DNA of 63,810 nucleotides, filler included, from Octopus bimaculoides (GCF_001194135.2; 6 parts of 5 records of this genome joined end to end with filler, not necessarily neighbours in it), one strand, 5' to 3'. Positions 1 through 12,250 are shown, counted from the first letter of the whole stretch. Made by a program: numbers and translations. The notes: generated by a model not told the origin, from the letters alone.

Positions 1-61
<61 letters not shown>

Positions 62-1348
62 GTATGTATATATTATATATGAATAACAAGAGAAGGATAG
101 TGCTTCATTCACTACATCTGTTTCAGACATTTTATTCATTGATGAATGAAATTATTACATCTTGTGAAAGACCGTTTTCATCAGGTCAATATATTTACAA
201 ACTGAACATTTAAAAAAAAAACATTCCACGAATCTAAATATGCGCCATTTCACGATTTCCTGGCGCACCTCGGTCAGGGAAGGGTTTTATTTCATTAGCA
301 TGTAGCTTATAAAGGAGAATCATAAAGCTTACTGGAACGGGGAGGGAACCGAAAAGTTATCATACTAAGAGGATGAATACAGAATAGGGCCTAAGGATTT
401 GATGTCGCGCTCTACCTCCGAAAAGATTAGGTTGTTTTATTTTATTTTTAATCATTTAATAGCTGGACGACAGAGTTACGACCAAAAAACTCATTAAAGG
501 TTGATGCGAATCCTACAGCAAGGTGATTTGTCACAATAAACCCGCATACATACGTTTGTGTACAAAAATAAAGAGACATATAATAATGACAAATCTACTT
601 ACACACATCAACACGAATCGCAATGTTTAATTCGTGCATATATTCACCTGATGTCAACGTTTTTTCTCGCATGATGTAATAACTCTATTCATCAATTAAA
701 AAAACCCTTCTGAAACAGCTGTAGTGAGTGAACTACTATCCATCTGTTGTTATTTGTTTATTATTCACCTTACTCAGAACTTGCAATTAGCGTGAATCTG
801 GAATCTGTTGAGTACAGTACAATCGTTGCAGTGTTTGTGCACCCTATGTGCAGCTTTGAATTTCATTCTGTTATATTCAATCGGACGTTTGTGACCGTAG
901 ATGCCACTGGAATATAAACCCCATCTTTACTTCGGTACGTACGTATATGTTCCTCTAATTTTGTTTTGTACAAAATATCGATTTCAATGACTCGACCTTG
1001 GTGTTTCATTAATTAAAGACCTGATTCACTTGAATCCTGAACTTACAGCTGTTTCCAGTAGTCATTACAGGTACATTAATGATAAATTCACTGAATTGGT
1101 CTATTGATCAATTGAAAAAAATTCAATTTTATTATTACGTTTATAACGTTATTACCATACACGCATACACACACACACACACATACACACACACACACAC
1201 GCACGCACATACACACACAAACACACACACATATATATATACACATACACACACACAGGTGAGCATATAAATGCAAAATAAGGTGGTATAAATAGTACGC
1301 AAATACCAAAGGTATGTATTTCATATAATGAGAGTTTACATTCGTGCT

Positions 1349-1404
<56 letters not shown>

Positions 1405-2239
1405 CGTGCGTATGTGCGTGCGTGCGTATGTGCGTGCGTGCGTTTGTGTGCGTTTGTGTGCGTGCAGTGTCGACCAAACTTTAGTGATATATTTTGTAGT
1501 ACAGTTTAGCTTTGAAACACCAATAATGGATTTATGGAGTTAGCTGCCAGGAATGCGTTATATATGCAAATCAGACGACTAATTTAGTGAAGCCCTTAGC
1601 AATAATGGGTTCATAAAAAGTGTCTTCTATAACAGTTAAAGAGAATACTCAGCTGCAAAGTGTTGTCACCAGTCCAACTAATCTCTATCTTTCTATCTAT
1701 GTTGCATACTTTATGCAAGGTGTTTGCATGTCTGTTACATAGTGATATCTAAAATCTATAGATATATTCTGTAGTACAGTACAGCATTATTTATTTTATA
1801 TATATANNNNNNNNNNNNNNNNNNNNNNNNNNNNNNNNNNNNNNNNNNNNNNNNNNNNNNNNNNNNNNNNNNNNNNNNNNNNNNNNNNNNNNNNNNNNNN
1901 NNNNNNTTTTTTTTTCCTACGACTATTGATTCTCTAGGTCGTGTTAACTGCTGTTAGGGTCGACGATTCGATTGTATTACCTTAATACACAAGTCTCCTT
2001 CCAGCATTTCTTCATTTTCTTCTTCATTTTTCTCCTTCTTTCTCTTTTATTTCTTCTTTCGTTTAGTCGTCTGCTCCTGTGTTTTCTGCCTCTTCTTCTT
2101 CGTGCTCCCTTTATTTAGACGCCTTCATTAATATGTGTTAATTTTATTCGTTCAGTAAAAATGGCCGTCCGTCACGAACATTAGAGATAGATCAATCGAT
2201 CAATATGTCAAACCATCATTTCATTGCTGGATCAATCAC

Positions 2240-2242
2240 TCA

Positions 2243-2280
<38 letters not shown>

Positions 2281-2291
2281 TTATCTATCTA

Positions 2292-2336
<45 letters not shown>

Positions 2337-2491
2337 GTGCTTGTCTATCTATCTATTCATCTATTTGTCTGCTTGACTGTCTGTCCGCCTGCCTGTCTAT
2401 CTGTTTATCTGTCTTTCTATCTATTAAATGTTCTTCCCACCTCTACTGCCTCTCACTCACTTCCTTTTTTTCTCCATTTATCTATCTATCC

Positions 2492-2558
<67 letters not shown>

Positions 2559-2560
2559 CA
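2240..2560. repeat. (TCTA)n/(TCTG)n microsatellite
   Basis: Direct reading. Confidence 0.95.
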
Positions 2561-2699
2561 TTTGTGTGTGCATGTATGGGCATTACAAAACTTTGTGTAA
2601 TACTCACAGAGACATATACACAACATATGCATATATATATATATGAAACAAAGGCAGGGTTTCGTATAAACACCCTTATATGTATATCTGTATACATAA

Positions 2700-3240
2700 T
2701 CATTACAGATATAGGGTAACGGATTATTAATTTATTAATAAATTAATAATTAATAATGTTTACCAAGTAGTTCGGTATGTAAAAAATCATTATCGGTAAA
2801 GAACTTATATAAAAAAAGTTCTTTTAAAATTATAAACATAATTAAGGGATCAGCAACAGTTGCTTCACTACATACCGAAATTTAGAAATAGCAGTTAAAG
2901 TACTAATTTTCCTACTACAATAAGTCTCCAACAGATAGCAATACTTATAACTCACAAAGGCAAAACAAGAAGAAAAAAATAACGAAACTAACCAGTCTTA
3001 GTTAATCATAGACGCGTTTCTGGATCAGAATAGTAAAAAAAATTCATTTCCGTCATCAGTATCATATTCTAGATTATAAATCTGAAAATGCTGGCAAAAA
3101 CCATGTATGCTCGACCAGGTGACATCGTGCATCACATAACAAAAGCAGCATTTCCGAATTAATATAGACGAGTCAGTCAAATTTCTAAATTTCGGTATGT
3201 GGTGAAGCAACTGTTGCTGATCCCGTAATTATGTTTATAT
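2700..3240 (-). mobile_element. Penelope-like element relic with hammerhead motif and 59-bp inverted repeat
   Basis: Hammerhead core at 3005-3065 (minus); 2831-2889 is the reverse complement of 3181-3239 (57/59). No coding remnant recognised. Confidence 0.5.
3005..3065 (-). ncRNA. Minimal type I hammerhead ribozyme motif
   Basis: ATGATA CTGATGA C GGA...TCC A GAAA CGC GTC TATGAT; palindromic stem III ACGCGT, GUC site, stem I 5/6 paired. Confidence 0.6.
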
Positions 3241-3907
3241 GCATACATATATACATATATGCATATATATACATATATACATANNNNNNNNNNNNNNNNN
3301 NNNNNNNNNNNNNNNNNNNNNNNNNNNNNNNNNNNNNNNNNNNNNNNNNNNNNNNNNNNNNNNNNNNNNNNNNNNNNNNNNNNNNNNNNNNNNNNNNNNN
3401 NNNNNNNNNNNNNNNNNNNNNNNNNNNNNNNNNNNNNNNNNNNNNNNNNNNNNNNNNNNNNNNNNNNNNNNNNNNNNNNNNNNNNNNNNNNNNNNNNNNN
3501 NNNNNNNNNNNNNNNNNNNNNNNNNNNNNNNNNNNNNNNNNNNNNNNNNNNNNNNNNNNNNNNNNNNNNNNNNNNNNNNNNNNNNNNNNNNNNNNNNNNN
3601 NNNNNNNNNNNNNNNNNNNNAGCAGTGGCGGCGAGGTGAATGGAGGGTAACGATGATTGGTGAAGAGACACAAGGAATGACTAAATGGATACAGTGACGT
3701 CACGTTTGTATTATTTATTTGTCGCACCCTGTGTTAATGAGAACATACGCACGCGCGCACGAACGCAAGCAAGCAGGCATACATAAGTAGAGAGAGATGA
3801 AGTAGCATGAAATTCAGAGGGGAAGAAAAAGGTTTGTGTAAGTCTATAAGGTTAGTAGAGACGTGTGTGTGTATGTGTGTATGTGTGTGCGTGCGTGTGT
3901 GTAGATT

Positions 3908-4296
3908 GGCGCAGGAGTGGCTGTGTGCTAAGTAACTTGATAACCAACCACATTGTTCCGGGTTCAGTCTCACTGCGTGGCACCTTGGGCAAGTGTCTTC
4001 TACTATGGCCTTGGGCCGACCAAAGCTTTGTGAGTGGATTTGGTAGACGGAAACTGAAAGAAGCCTGTCGTATGTGTGTGTGTGTGTGTGTGTGTTTGTG
4101 TGTCTGTTTGTTGCCCCACCATTGCTTGACAACCGATGTTGATGTGTTTACATGCCCGTGACATAGCAGTTCGCCAAAAGTGACCGATAGAATAAATACT
4201 AGGCTTACAAAAAGTAAGTCCTGGGGTTGATTTTTTTCGACTAAAAGGCGGTGCTTCAGCATGGCCGCAGTCAAATGTCTGAAACAAATAAAAGAA
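3908..4296 (+). mobile_element. tRNA-derived SINE family A
   Basis: GGCGCAGGAGTGGCTGTGTG head, GGTTCAGTC B-box-like motif, internal (TG)n, tail GACTGAAACAAGTAAAAGA-like; at least 12 copies in the window. Confidence 0.9.
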
Positions 4297-4304
4297 TATA
4301 CAGG

Positions 4305-4350
<46 letters not shown>

Positions 4351-5474
4351 TGTATATGCATACATATATACACTCACAAATACATATAAATGCCCAGAAA
4401 TATATTCCCGATTTATATAAACGTGAACTTTATTTAATTTAATTATAAGTAGATCTAAGTTTTTTTTTCTTTTTATCCGTCCTATCCACTAGCTTTAGTC
4501 ATGCATAGGTTTTCTGCCCTTGTGCTTTCATCGTCAAAATCGCTAATACTCACCTACATATTTTTCTTCGTACGTGTCTTGTCTCCACTGTGTCAAACAC
4601 CTAACAACAGATTGTCACTAAGTTCTTGCAGTTCTGTCAAATGCATGGAAACCACAACAAACCTGAGTAAAGCAGCTAATGAAGCATTTTTTTCTGGTTA
4701 CGTTTCTCATTGGTTTTTATGATTTGTGACCATCATATTTTTATTTATGATTGCCGACACACAAGCCGAATATTCTCACACACTTTATTTTGTCCTAATA
4801 GCCTCTTTCACTATCTGTCCATTTCTTTCGCTTTCTGCCAACTTTCTCTCTTCCCTTTTTTTTTCTCCCGGCCTCCCTGGGTCTCTTACCATAGAAATGG
4901 ACGGAGGATCGATAAATTTTTACTGTAGGAATTATAACAACAACAACATCCATATCAAACAAATTTCTTTCTGTATTTATATATCCTAACCAATTTGCAT
5001 AGACTGTTTACTGGGTGTCATAAGGAGGCGCTTGATCTTCGTTATCTTAATGTCTCGACCCTCAATCACATTTAATCACAGGCTATTCCTTAACAACCAC
5101 CTCACATGAACTGCCAACACCACAACGACAATGAAACAATCTCCTTATACTCCCACCAACAACAACAACAAAAACATGAACTACCACTACTACTACTACC
5201 ACTAACAACATTACTACCAACCAATACCACCGATCCCCACCACCCTTGCCAAGTATAACCATCGACCACCAGGTCAACCGTTACCACCACGACATCCACA
5301 CTGCCACTAGCCATCATCTCTGCTACTACCACAAACGATACTACTACTGTTACTGCTGCTATTACTACTACTACTACTACTACNNNNNNNNNNNNNNNNN
5401 NNNNNNNNNNNNNNNNNNNNNNNNNNNNNNNNNNNNNNNNNNNNNNNNNNNNNNNNNNNNNNNNNNNNNNNNNN

Positions 5475-5520
<46 letters not shown>

Positions 5521-5595
5521 CCTTTCTACAGAAGGCACAAATTTCGGGGCTGGAGTATAATCGATTACATCAACCTTAGTCGATGACTAACAAAA

Positions 5596-5930
5596 CAACT
5601 GGTCCTCCGTCGGTTACTACGACGAGGGTTCCAGTCACACCCGATCAGTGGATTAGCGGGCTCGTGAAATTAACGTGCAAATGGCTGAGTACTCAGAAGA
5701 CACACGTGACCATTAACGTAGTTCTTCGGGAAATTCTGCGTGACGGGGAAGGTGACAAGGCTGGCTCCTTTTGAAATACAGGTGCAGCTCATTTTTGCCA
5801 GTTGAGTGGACTGGAGCAGCGTGAAAAATAAAGCGTCATATTCAAGGACACAACGCGCCGCCGAGAATCGTACTCACGACCTTGCGGTCGAAAGCCGTTC
5901 ACTCTAACCACTAAGCTACGCGCCTTCACG
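5596..5930 (-). mobile_element. SINE family C (tRNA head, CORE-like middle, family-B tail)
   Basis: Reverse complement matches 7040-7362. Confidence 0.8.
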
Positions 5931-5956
5931 ATGACAAACAACAGCAATGATGAAGG

Positions 5957-6006
<50 letters not shown>

Positions 6007-6210
6007 GTGGTGGTGATGGTGATGATGATGGTGGTGGTGGTGGTGGTGTTGAAGAGGAAGCGGATTATCATCATCATCATGACGATGATGAAAATTATTA
6101 TTACCTTGACGATGACGGTGATGTTAACGTGAAAGGTGATGACGATGGTGGCAATAATGGTGGTGGTGGTGGCGGCGGCGGCGGCGAGAGCGGCGGCGGC
6201 GGTGTCGGCT
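5925..6210. repeat. (GAT)n/(GGT)n/(GGC)n compound microsatellite
   Basis: Direct reading. Confidence 0.95.
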
Positions 6211-6541
6211 GTGGTGTTAGTACAATTTATTTAACAAGCCATTAATAATTTAAAAATCATTTAATCATTTCTGCTTGATTGAAGTCTACTGGAAAGAAAA
6301 GAAAAAGAGACAGAGAGGCGAAAGGAGAAGGGGAGAGAAAGGGAAAGAGCGAGAGAGGGGGAAAGAGAGAGAGATGGGAACAAGCTGTGCTTCTTCCCAC
6401 TGGCATGCCCCTCCTACTTTTCAACCTCACACCTTGTGACACCTGTAGCTCCTTCTCTTCATCACAGTGCGAGCGCGCACGCTAGTGTGTGTATGGATGC
6501 ATGTGCGGGTGTGTGTGCCTCTGTGTGTTTGTGTGTGTGTT

Positions 6542-6587
<46 letters not shown>

Positions 6588-7039
6588 GCATACATATATA
6601 TGTTTCATGTATGTTTATATACATATATGTGTGTATGTGTGTATATATAAATAAATAAATAAATAAATAAATATATATATATATATGCAAACATGCTTCA
6701 TGGATGTCTATATACATTTATATGTGTATGTGTGTGTGTGTGTGATGTACATGTGTGTGTGTGTATGTTTCATGTATATTTACATTCATATATGAGTGTT
6801 TGTGTGTGTACGTTTAAGGCAATGCTCTTTGCACGTAGGTGAGCATACATACATGTTTGTTTAAATATAAACATACATGTGTGTATCCGTTAAAGGTGGG
6901 TGTGTGCGTGCGTTCTCGCCCATGGCCATGTAGCTAAGAACTTTGTTTCACAGGCAAAGGGACCCCGTTTCAATCCTACAGAGTGACTTCTCAAGCGGTA
7001 ATTCTTAGTATTTTGCCCCCTTTTATTTTTTACTGTGTG

Positions 7040-7362
7040 AAGATGCGCGGTTAAGTGATTAGAGCAGACTGCCTTCGATCGTAAGGTCGTGAGTTCAATA
7101 CCCGGCGACACGTTGTGTCTTTGCGCAAGATCTTTCATTCCGCGTTGCGTTGCTCAAGTCCACTCAGTTAGCAAAAATGAGTTGTACCTGTAATACAAAA
7201 GGGACCAGCCTTGTCACATTCTGTGTGCCACGCTGAATTTCCCTGAGAACTACGTAAAGCGTACGCATGACTGTGGAGTGCTCAGCCACTTTCTCGTTAA
7301 TTTCATGAGCAGGCTGTTCTGTCGATCGGATCGACTGGAATGCTCATCGTCGTAATCGACGT
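7040..7362 (+). mobile_element. SINE family C
   Basis: GAGTTCAATACC B box; CGTTGTGTC..CAAG..GTCCACTCAG..AAAAATGAG; tail shared with family B. Confidence 0.8.
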
Positions 7363-7384
7363 TCTTTCGTTCTTTGAATTCTCT

Positions 7385-7770
7385 CTGTCATTTGACTGCG
7401 ACCATGCTGGAGCACCGCCTTGAAGGGTTTCAGTCGGACAAATCGACCTCAGAACTTTTTTTAAAGCCTAGTACTTACTCTATCGGTCTCTTAAGCCAAA
7501 TCAGTAACAGTGATGTAAATACACCAACACCGGTTGTCAAGCGGTGATGGGAAGGACAAATACAAAGACTTACACACGTAGACACAGACATATATATATA
7601 TATATGTGAAGAGCTTCTTTCAGTTTCCGTCTACCAAATCCACTACTGACAAGGTTTTGGTCGGCCCGAGGCTATAGCAGAAGGTACTTGCCCAAGGTGC
7701 CACTCAGTGAGACTGAACCCGGAACCATGTGGCTGGGAAGCAAGCTTCTTATCACTCAACCTCACCTGCA
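7385..7770 (-). mobile_element. SINE family A
   Basis: Reverse-complement match to 3908-4296. Confidence 0.85.
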
Positions 7771-8194
7771 TGGCTTTGTCTCACACACGGTGTGTCATGT
7801 TAATTCTGTCAGAGAATTATGCGAAGACATTTGTCTGAGGAACATTCAGCCACATACTGGCAAATTCAAAGAGTTCAGTCGATCGAACGACCAGATTCAT
7901 AGTCGAAAGCGACGAAGAACCATTCGCTCGTTATCTCTCTCTCTCTCTCACTCTCTCTTACACACACACACTTCCTCTCTATCTCTCTCAATATACTATA
8001 TATATATGTATGTATATATGTATTTATGTCTGTGTTTGTCCCACCCACCACCATCACTTGACAACCGATGTTGGTGTGCTTATGTCCCCATAACCTAGCG
8101 GTTCGGCAAAAGAGACGATAGAATGCATGTATATCTATATTTATATCCATCTATCTGTCTTTCAATATAAACGTGCGCGCGCGCAGGTACACGC

Positions 8195-8224
<30 letters not shown>

Positions 8225-8226
<2 letters not shown>

Positions 8227-8466
8227 GTTAGGCTGTTGGATTCATGATCGCTAAATCGAGGGTTCGATTCACTCACTGGACGGTGCGTTGTGTTCGTGAG
8301 CAAACCACGTTACTCCAGTCCCCGCTTCGATCAGAGTGGAATCTTGGCCTGCCCACCTAGCCAGCGGGGTGGCGTCATTTGAAGGCTAAAGCAACGGAAA
8401 AGCGCATTGTGACCAGCGGTGTGTAGCAAAATCTGATAGCCTAGTCGGTCACATGATCACATGATA
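8225..8466 (+). mobile_element. tRNA-derived SINE, distinct tail (family D)
   Basis: GGGTTCGATTC B box, CGTTGTGTTCGTGAGCAAA module, tail ending ACATGATCACATGATA. Confidence 0.6.
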
Positions 8467-8529
8467 TATATATGCATGTATGTATGTATGTGTATGTATG
8501 TGTATGTGTATATATAGATATATGTATGT

Positions 8530-8722
8530 ATGTAACCTCGTGGGCATCGGTACCATTTTCCTCTTTCTCCGTTCTTCCATTCTCCGAACTTTCCATCTTT
8601 CCGACGAAGGGCTACGCCCGAAACGTCATACACTCTCTCTTTCCTTTCCTGAGCGTCCAATAATACTATCCATATCACGCCCTCACTTTGTTGTTTTTTT
8701 GTATTTTTGTTATTGTTTTTTT
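8530..8722 (+). mobile_element. PLE-like terminal repeat relic with decayed hammerhead (8596-8632)
   Basis: CCGACGA A GGGC TAC GCCC GAAA CGTC; flanks resemble the reverse complement of 50330-50445 (ttcctttcctgagcgtc). Confidence 0.45.
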
Positions 8723-8865
8723 NNNNNNNNNNNNNNNNNNNNNNNNNNNNNNNNNNNNNNNNNNNNNNNNNNNNNNNNNNNNNNNNNNNNNNNNNNNNNN
8801 NNNNNNNNNNNNNNNNNNNNNNNNNNNNNNNNNNNNNNNNNNNNNNNNNNNNNNNNNNNNNNNNN

Positions 8866-8898
<33 letters not shown>

Positions 8899-9121
8899 AT
8901 ATATATATATATAAATGATCTAATTATAAATCTCACAGAGAGAATTAAGCAGCAGTGTTACGATATAGCAGTTGTATACTGTCAACTCAATGTGACAGTC
9001 CTAATAAGGGAATCATACTGCTGCTATTTAGCTGGACCGCTTTCTGTCGGCCTTGACACATTTTCTGTGTCCTTAAATTTGCGAGGAGGAGACAAGCACC
9101 CCCCACCCAGCTGAGTGTGCA

Positions 9122-9164
9122 TTCAGGGACATGTTTCTGAGTCATTGCTCGTCATCAGCCTGAA
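9122..9164 (-). ncRNA. Minimal type I hammerhead ribozyme motif (best-preserved copy)
   Basis: TTCAGG CTGATGA C GAG CAATGA CTC A GAAA CAT GTC CCTGAA: perfect 6-bp stem I, intact core, palindromic stem III ACATGT, GUC site. Confidence 0.72.
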
Positions 9165-9175
9165 GTAGCAACACT

Positions 9176-9224
9176 AGCTGGTTGAAAATGCATGTCAAAC
9201 CCTGACATGCATTTTCAACCAGCT
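9176..9224. repeat. Perfect 22-bp inverted repeat with 5-nt loop
   Basis: agctggttgaaaatgcatgtca AACCC tgacatgcattttcaaccagct. Confidence 0.95.
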
Positions 9225-9640
9225 GTATGTATGTATTTAAGTATGTATGTATGTATGCATGTGTGCATGTATGTATGTGTGTGTGCATGTATGTATGTAC
9301 GTGTGTTTATGTATATATGCATGTGTGCGCGTGTGTATGTATGTGTATGTATGTGTATATGTATATATGCATGTACGTGTGCATGTATGTATATATGTAT
9401 GTGTGTATGTGTGTGTATGCTTGTTTGTAAGTATGTATGCGTGTATGTGTATATATAAGTATAATGTATGTACGTATGTATGTAAATATGTACAGCACGT
9501 ACGTATGTCCTCTGGTATGCATACATGTATGTATATAGGTGCGTAGGTATATATTTATATACGTATCTACGAAAGTACGTATGTAACCACGTGTTATACG
9601 TAAGCATATACGTACATGTATATGTATGTATATGTATAAT
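9225..9640. repeat. (TATG)/(TG) degenerate microsatellite
   Basis: Direct reading. Confidence 0.9.
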
Positions 9641-9740
9641 NNNNNNNNNNNNNNNNNNNNNNNNNNNNNNNNNNNNNNNNNNNNTTAATTAATTAANNNN
9701 NNNNNNNNNNNNNNNNNNNNNNNNNNNNNNNNNNNNNNNN
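9641..9740. other. Assembly gap spacer N44-TTAATTAATTAA-N44
   Basis: The same 12-mer centred in a 100-nt N block recurs at about 20956-21055, 25621-25720, 42549-42647 and 46652-46751. Confidence 0.9.
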
Positions 9741-9773
<33 letters not shown>

Positions 9774-9779
<6 letters not shown>

Positions 9780-10370
9780 GCATCCTTTTGTCTCGGGAGA
9801 CAATGGAGTTGTGCATAAAATAATCCAGTCTGGTTTTACATTTCATGTCATTTACATCTACTGCTGTGGCTGTGTAGTCCTAACCAGGACAAACACTCCC
9901 TCTGGCAGGTGATGCAAATGTAGCGAAGACTTGGCCTGGCTGGTTGTAATGTCATAGATTATTGTTGTCGTCTTTTCTTGTCTTTCCATTTTTCCTTTCT
10001 CACTCCTTTGTGTTTCCTCTCCTATGATGCATCGCCAATCCTCACGGTTGCTGGCAACCACTTCCCAATTGCTAATATTGATGTCACAGGCCTTCATGTC
10101 CCTTTTGCAGACGTACTTGTACCGTAAAAATGGTCTTCCAACAGATCTAATGCCCCTAGCAAGCTCTCTGTAAAGTATGTCCTTACGACTAACAAATCCA
10201 AGCAATCTCATACGTCTTTATGTGAGGAGCACAAATATGCTTGGTATTCCTACTTGCTTGAGGACATCTTTGTTGGAGACATGAGATCCTGCCATTTGAT
10301 GCCAAGGATTTTCTAGAGGCAGCATAGGTGAAAGATATTTAGGCGATACTCTTGGCGTGTGTAGGGCATC
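9774..10370 (-). mobile_element. RTE-clade LINE 3' fragment
   Basis: KILGIKWQD...LYRELARGIRSVGRPFLRYKYVCKRDMKACDINISNWEVVASNREDWR, terminal YICITCQRECLSWLGLHSHSSRCK*, 3' tail GGATGCCAACAA. Confidence 0.85.
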
Positions 10371-10447
10371 CAGTTCCCACTACCATACATATATATCTAT
10401 ATATATAAATATATATATATAAATACATATACACATATACATATGTA

Positions 10448-10523
<76 letters not shown>

Positions 10524-11854
10524 CATATGTATATATACATATGTATATAAATTTCAGTAAATTTTCTGTATCTTTGTGCAGCTGAAGATTGCTCTGCATT
10601 TTTGGTGTAGTGGTTTGAGTTCAGAAGTTTAAAGAAATGGCAACAGTCAAAATAGTTTTTATCTCTTTTTCCTTTTCTATTATCAAGCTGGTGTTTGGAA
10701 CATAAATTAGCATAAAATTTTGATGGAAAATTTCAATTTAGACCACTTTAAAACCAAAAAAAAGCTTACATCAGAGAACCAAGGGCAACCGTAGGCAAGT
10801 TAATACCAAAAGGGTTAATCAACTCAGCTATCTTCCTGTCATTCTCCATTTCATCTATAACTTAATCCATTAAGTTAAAATTCCTCTAATTTCTTATCTA
10901 TAAAGTTTCACCTATACTAGACATTAGGATTAACAGATTCCAATACAACCTGCTCACTTAAGGACCAATGAGTAACTCGTGCTTCCAGCACAGCAGTTTT
11001 CTGTTTTCAAGTCTTCCATTATTTCACAGACTGTCTTGTATATATGGATGGATGGACAGACAGACGGACGAACAGATGGACTGACAGATACACATACACC
11101 TTCTCTCCACTTATACATTTTGCTATAGTGTTATATCTTTTCAATCAATAAAGTCAGGTATACTCATATTATTTCAGGCATTTTAGATAACCATTTTGAT
11201 AGGAACCTGAGTGTATCTTTTGATTCTGATGCAAAATGCCTCTTTTAAAGTGTCTACATTTAAATTAAAACTTTTCATCATAATTTTAAATAGAAGCTTT
11301 TGTAAAAAATAAATTCAAAACACCAGCTTAATAATGAGGAAGTTATTTTACTAAATCCCTCTAAACTTTTGATTATGTTCCAAATTCAAATACAATATAT
11401 TTCAATATGAATTTGATCACAAAAGCATGAAATAATCCAATGTATCCACTGCAGTATTTTCATAAACAATATCTTTGTCTCCATAAATATTTGCTGATAC
11501 TATTTGGAAACTAGTCCATCCAGTGTATTTTTACCTCCTCTCTGCTTGAGTTCACAGTAAGGGTTAGGGTTAGCAATGTAAGAGAAACAAATTTCTTTTA
11601 CCTGACTACTAAGTAATTAAATTACTGACTACATATTTTGAATTTGGGTTACACATGATGTTATCATTTATGCCATCTACATCATGCCACATTCTGAGTA
11701 CACCAGTGTATCTACTAAGAAACACATTACTCTGCATGCCACAATATGCCTGAATAACAAACAGTTTCAATTATTCATAGTTGAAGGCTCTAACAGTAGA
11801 AAAGTTATCTATCTTTAAAAATAGTTGCTGCACCAAAAATATTCAAATACATAC

Positions 11855-12250
11855 AATTCATCATCTTCATTTAGCATCCATTTTCCATGCTGGCATGGGT
11901 TAGATGGTTTGATTGGAACTAGTAAGCTGGAGAGTTGTACCAGATTCCAGTTTAGTTTGGCTTGGTTTCTGCAGTTGGATACCCTTCTTAACACCAACCA
12001 CTCCAAGAATGTATGGGTATCTTTTATGTGTTACCAACACAGGTGCTTTTTACATGTCATTGGCTCTGGCCATGACTATGATTTCACTTGGCTTGACATG
12101 TCTTCTCAAGCACAACAAATCACCAAAGATCTCAATCATTTGTCATTGACTCCATGAGACGCAAAATTCAAAGATCATGCTTCACCACCTCACCAAATGT
12201 CTTCCTGAATCTACCTCTTCCAAAGATTCCCTCCACAGTGAGAGATTGTA
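11855..12250 (-). mobile_element. RTE-clade LINE 3' end (second family)
   Basis: SLTVEGIFGRGRFRKTFGEVVKHDL then a 3' UTR homologous to 16760-17170, ending in (GAT)n. Confidence 0.75.

Noticed and set aside
110-192. Hammerhead-like CTGATGA...GAAAC..GTA on the minus strand
   Set aside because: Stem II is not formed convincingly and stem III is not palindromic; too decayed to support.
4553-4662. AG/GT-bounded minus-strand segment as the next kelch exon
   Set aside because: Stops in all frames and no kelch motif.
9685-9696. Recurrent TTAATTAATTAA 12-mer
   Set aside because: Always centred in a 100-nt N block and has stops in all six frames; a scaffolding spacer, not biology.
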